A stretch of 2,501 nucleotides of DNA from an uncultured bacterium. Lineage in GTDB: Bacteria; Hinthialibacterota; Hinthialibacteria; Hinthialibacterales; Hinthialibacteraceae. A program made the translations under genes and the position numbers. Position 1 is the first letter of the stretch, and each line of letters begins with the position of its first letter. This document shows positions 1 to 2,501 of the stretch, piece after piece. The stretch covers positions 1 through 2,501 of the forward strand of contig CAYVAZ010000515.1 of the NCBI GenBank assembly GCA_964449065.1, given 5' to 3'. The notes under the pieces are model-generated. The model was not told the DNA's origin, made no database searches, and saw nothing but the letters and a program-made list of their open reading frames with translations.

Positions 1-71
1 CGGTGGTACTGTGATATTGGTTCGGCGGGAATCTCACTTTCCCAAGCATAAACTTATTTCAGACAACTACT

Positions 72-1751
72 CTATACCTCAAACCAACTTTTATTACTGC
101 CCGATTCGTAAATCTCATTGACGGTAACCGTTCTTGTTTGGTTCAGATGTTGCAATTCCTCCTTGCTAAGCCGGTATCCGCGCACATCCAATTCCTGCGG
201 CTGAAAATAGCGTGATTGCGGCACATACCGCGCGGGGAATTCGTCTCCGGTCAAAAGGCCGTTTACTTTAACAGTACCTTCAAGTTTTAACGTGGTTTTC
301 ACTTCAACGCGCTGATCCGTAATTGTGATTGCGCGTTGGTATTGCATAGGCAGCGGCTTCGCGCCCAGCATAAGGATTTTGCGTATGAGCCCTTTGAGGT
401 GATACGCAATCCGTTCATGCCAGCCGAACGCCAGCATAAATACCCGGAACAGGATAAATGTGTAGGGATTGAATATCTTGGTGGGAACTTTATGACAGCG
501 TCCTGAAATATGCAAACCATCATCTGTCTCTTTGATTTCGGTCGATTCATCAATCCATTGGCTGGTAAACAACCGGTTGTCTTCCAACTTCCCCCAAATC
601 CCGCAGTTGTTCACCCGCAGTTTATTGCTGGATAGTTCGAAGTGTTTGACCACACCGCCCTTTGCGGCATTCACAACCGTGTAAGCAGCGGGCGTTTTTT
701 GTGCAAGCACTTTTGCACCCGTGAAATAGGATCGAAACGGTTCGCGTTGGTATGGCAATGGCGGCAGTTCATCCGCCCGTTCTCCATAATCGACATAAGA
801 AAGCAATAGTTCCGGAATGCGGTAGACAAAATAGCGCTCTCCCTGAATTTCCGGCGGAACCAATGCCCCATCGCGCAGGCCTTCCAGCATTCGGTTGGCG
901 ACTGCACCCGCCAGCGGAATCTCGTTCGCCAGCAATTCATAGCCATGCGGGTAAAAATGCAGGGTTTGGCGGCTGCCCGCCGTGCCCGCATAGTGTCCGT
1001 TGGGGTAAACAAAATAGCTGCTGAATTCAACCGCCTTTTGGAAGAAGGGATCAAAGCGCTCATCCTTATAATGCTTGGCGAGTTTCGCCATAAAGCTAAT
1101 GGTGGCGGATAGATACCCCGGATCCGCGCCGTCATACTCCAAACACCAGCCTTCGTCATAACAATAGCCAAAGAAGATATCCAGTTTTTCTTGAAACGCC
1201 GATTCAATTTTCTTGTCTTGTGTCACCAAGTACGACTCATACATCGGGAGTATCGCCATGGCGTGGTGGTTCGCCAACACGCCGGATTCATCCGTGCCGG
1301 ATAAGAATAATCCCGCCTTGTGGATGGCTTTGAGCAATTTTTCGTTGAGTTCCGCGGGGATCTTGTCTCCTAATAAACGCGCGCTGTCGCACATCACATA
1401 CAGCAAGAATCCCGTGGGGCCGGCCCAGCCGCGTTCGTTGGGGTAAAACTCATCGAACGAACCATCGCGCAATTGAATCTTCGTCCAATAGTCCATCCCC
1501 GCCAGTGTCCATTCGAGCACTTTTGGATGCTGATAATAGGGATTGTTCGGCATCTCTTTGCTATAGGCTAACGCAAGGGCATGAACCCCGAACTGCGCGA
1601 TGGAATTGGGAAAATCAGTCGCCCGGCACAGCCAAAATTCGCGGTTCATGCAGCCGTATGTGGGCGAAAACAGGTTGCGGTCTTCCGATGAAAGCAGCCG
1701 TGGAATCTGGCACAAGCCTTTTTGGGCATAGATATTACGAAGGTTGTTCAT
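72..1751 (-). CDS. Uncharacterised 559-aa protein; predicted (alpha/alpha)-toroid plus C-terminal beta domain, possibly heparinase II/III / alginate-lyase-fold glycan-acting enzyme
   Basis: Seen: long uninterrupted ORF ending in TAG at 72-74. The ORF track starts at 1808, but the ATG at 1751 (MNNLRNIY...) has a GAGGA Shine-Dalgarno at 1756-1760 and the upstream ATGs lack one. No signal peptide from this start. Inference: motifs QLRDGSFDE, LANHHAMA, DEGWCLEYDGADPGY and VYPNGHY alternate with helical segments, as in (alpha/alpha)n toroid proteins. The distal ~200 aa has strand-like patterns (AYTVVN, GLHISG, RAITITDQRVEVKTTLKL). The CDS is secure; the product call is tentative. Confidence 0.9.
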   Translation of the reverse strand: MNNLRNIYAQKGLCQIPRLLSSEDRNLFSPTYGCMNREFWLCRATDFPNSIAQFGVHALALAYSKEMPNNPYYQHPKVLEWTLAGMDYWTKIQLRDGSFDEFYPNERGWAGPTGFLLYVMCDSARLLGDKIPAELNEKLLKAIHKAGLFLSGTDESGVLANHHAMAILPMYESYLVTQDKKIESAFQEKLDIFFGYCYDEGWCLEYDGADPGYLSATISFMAKLAKHYKDERFDPFFQKAVEFSSYFVYPNGHYAGTAGSRQTLHFYPHGYELLANEIPLAGAVANRMLEGLRDGALVPPEIQGERYFVYRIPELLLSYVDYGERADELPPLPYQREPFRSYFTGAKVLAQKTPAAYTVVNAAKGGVVKHFELSSNKLRVNNCGIWGKLEDNRLFTSQWIDESTEIKETDDGLHISGRCHKVPTKIFNPYTFILFRVFMLAFGWHERIAYHLKGLIRKILMLGAKPLPMQYQRAITITDQRVEVKTTLKLEGTVKVNGLLTGDEFPARYVPQSRYFQPQELDVRGYRLSKEELQHLNQTRTVTVNEIYESGSNKSWFEV

Positions 1752-1755
1752 TCGG

Positions 1756-1760
1756 TCCTC
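1756..1760 (-). promoter_or_regulatory. Ribosome-binding site for the minus-strand CDS
   Basis: Minus strand reads ...AAACTT-GAGGA-CCGA-ATG; an SD-like purine run just upstream of the ATG at 1751, preceded by an A/T-rich stretch. Confidence 0.7.
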
Positions 1761-1783
1761 AAGTTTATTTAATATCAAAAAGA

Positions 1784-1795
1784 CCATTGTAATGG
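1784..1795 (-). promoter_or_regulatory. Possible -10 element (TACAAT, 1786-1791, minus strand) embedded in a small inverted repeat CCATT-N2-AATGG
   Basis: 5/6 match to TATAAT about 35 nt upstream of the ATG at 1751. No recognisable -35 at 16-18 bp spacing, so support is weak. Confidence 0.3.
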
Positions 1796-1850
1796 AAAAC
1801 ATCGGCAAAATTAGGCGTAAATCACCATGCGGCGCAAACCGGTCAACAGA

Positions 1851-1877
1851 AGACTAACTTTTAGATTAACTTTTAGA
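1851..1877. repeat. Tandem direct repeat with 12-bp period: AGACTAACTTTT AGATTAACTTTT AGA
   Basis: TAACTTTTAGA occurs identically at 1855-1865 and 1867-1877. The 12-bp periodicity extends back to 1851 with one mismatch (C1854 vs T1866). Confidence 0.9.
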
Positions 1878-1878
1878 A

Positions 1879-1907
1879 TCGCCAAATCTGTGATAAGGTA
1901 GTATAAT
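1879..1907 (+). promoter_or_regulatory. Putative sigma70-type promoter for the plus-strand CDS
   Basis: Perfect TATAAT at 1902-1907 and TCGCCA (4/6 to TTGACA) at 1879-1884 with a 17-bp spacer. Predicted start site near 1913-1915, giving a ~37-nt leader that contains the RBS. Confidence 0.7.
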
Positions 1908-1937
1908 GATACTGTGATGTGATTGATCTTGACCGCT

Positions 1938-1943
1938 AGGAGG
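1938..1943 (+). promoter_or_regulatory. Ribosome-binding site AGGAGG
   Basis: Perfect Shine-Dalgarno consensus 7 nt upstream of the ATG at 1951. Confidence 0.9.
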
Positions 1944-1950
1944 CGTTTTG

Positions 1951-2031
1951 ATGAACATTGTTGTTATGGTACAGAAAATTGTAATGATTCCTGCGTTGCT
2001 TTTAAGTTTCTCCGCTATCTCCGCCATGGCG
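1951..2031 (+). other. Sec/SPase I signal peptide coding region (residues 1-27)
   Basis: Lys9, hydrophobic core IVMIPALLLSF, then A-M-A followed by Q-E-S, a canonical A-x-A cleavage site. No lipobox Cys and no twin-arginine motif. Confidence 0.8.
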
Positions 2032-2501
2032 CAGGAAAGCCCTGTCGATATCCATTTGTATCTTTTTGCGATGGATGAAATGGAAATCCGCCAAATCATG
2101 AAAGACGGCATCACCCGCGATGAAATGGATGCCCTGCAAACCAAAATTTTCATCCAAAACCGCTTACTGGAAGAAGAGGAGCCGGTTGAACTGTCCGTGG
2201 GTGAGAATGAGATCGTGATTCCCGAAGAAAAAATGAACCTGCTCAGTGGAAACAACGCTACAAGCACCATCGTACTCTTTTACCACGTCATGCCGGCCGA
2301 TGGCGCTGAAGATATTGATGCCGGAACACTGACGCATACCAGCTATATCGTTACCGAAAAAGAAGATAAGGTTTTGGAGCGGGAAGGAACGTGGGATTAC
2401 CCTGCTGAACTGTCATCTTACCGCTATTTTGACTTTCGCTATGCCAATGTATTGGGTCATCAAGACTTCATCTACAAAATCGAAGCCGATTTTGGTGGAG
2501 A
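1951..2501 (+). CDS. Secreted/periplasmic acidic hypothetical protein, 3'-truncated by the window edge (>=183 aa)
   Basis: Manual translation is open to the window end: MNIVVMVQKIVMIPALLLSFSAISAMA/QESPVDIHLYLFAMDEMEIRQIMKDGITRDEMDALQTKIFIQNRLLEEEEPVELSVGENEIVIPEEKMNLLSGNNATSTIVLFYHVMPADGAEDIDAGTLTHTSYIVTEKEDKVLEREGTWDYPAELSSYRYFDFRYANVLGHQDFIYKIEADFGG... Supported by a perfect RBS, an upstream promoter and a signal peptide. It is absent from the ORF track, presumably because no stop codon lies in the window. No family recognised. Confidence 0.92.
   Translation, partial: MNIVVMVQKIVMIPALLLSFSAISAMAQESPVDIHLYLFAMDEMEIRQIMKDGITRDEMDALQTKIFIQNRLLEEEEPVELSVGENEIVIPEEKMNLLSGNNATSTIVLFYHVMPADGAEDIDAGTLTHTSYIVTEKEDKVLEREGTWDYPAELSSYRYFDFRYANVLGHQDFIYKIEADFGG

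Noticed and set aside
27..43. Hairpin GGGAA-N7-TTCCC downstream of the minus-strand CDS as a possible terminator
   Set aside because: Only a 5-bp stem and no following U-tract on either strand.
1..71. Possible partial CDS at the left edge (minus-strand ATG at 49, MLGKVRFPPNQYHSTT..., or a plus-strand frame ending in TAA at 49-51)
   Set aside because: Only about 16 codons are visible, the ATG has no convincing RBS, and several frames are equally open; it cannot be resolved without flanking sequence.
299..1792. Track ORFs 299..553(-), 671..1207(-), 752..1024(+), 1213..1446(+) and 1505..1792(+)
   Set aside because: All lie within or almost entirely within the long CDS in alternative or antisense frames, mostly with atypical Arg/Cys/Pro/Ser-rich composition; typical shadow ORFs.
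1752..1808. 19-aa N-terminal extension (MPMFSITMVFLILNKLEDR) given by the ORF track
   Set aside because: No SD precedes the upstream ATGs, the DNA is AT-rich and leader-like, and the ATG at 1751 has a GAGGA RBS.
1851..1877. CRISPR remnant or iteron interpretation of the direct repeat
   Set aside because: Only two short adjacent copies, no spacers, and no cas or rep gene in the window.
1840..1935. 7-bp inverted repeat CGGTCAA (1840-1846) / TTGACCG (1929-1935) flanking the plus-strand promoter, suggesting an invertible promoter switch between the divergent genes
   Set aside because: About one 7-bp inverted pair is expected by chance in 200 bp, the arms do not extend, and no recombinase gene is in the window. 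Reads showing the inverted orientation would revive the idea.
1889..1936. CRP (TGTGA-N6-TCACA) or FNR (TTGAT-N4-ATCAA) site
   Set aside because: Only left half-sites are present; none has the matching right half at the required spacing.
1866..2270. 134-aa minus-strand ORF from the track
   Set aside because: Antisense shadow of the plus-strand CDS (its Ser run mirrors the Glu codons) and it overlaps that gene's promoter and RBS.

Overview
The window holds two divergently transcribed bacterial-type protein genes separated by a ~200-bp, relatively AT-rich (~38% GC by hand count) intergenic region. On the minus strand is a complete 559-aa uncharacterised protein (72..1751). It has a helical N-terminal region with (alpha/alpha)-toroid-like loop motifs and Asn-His / Glu...Tyr motifs reminiscent of heparinase II/III and alginate-lyase-fold enzymes. 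Its beta-rich C-terminal region carries a hydrophobic/basic helical insert. On the plus strand is a 3'-truncated gene missing from the supplied ORF track (1951..>2501). It has a perfect AGGAGG RBS and encodes an acidic protein with a Sec/SPase I signal peptide. The intergenic region contains a good sigma70-type promoter for the plus-strand gene (TCGCCA-17bp-TATAAT), with a 12-bp-period tandem direct repeat abutting the -35. A small palindrome overlaps a possible -10 for the minus-strand gene. I see no RNA genes, mobile elements or CRISPR arrays, and nothing that by itself demonstrates a new multi-gene system. The best leads are the orphan enzyme-like protein and the promoter architecture.
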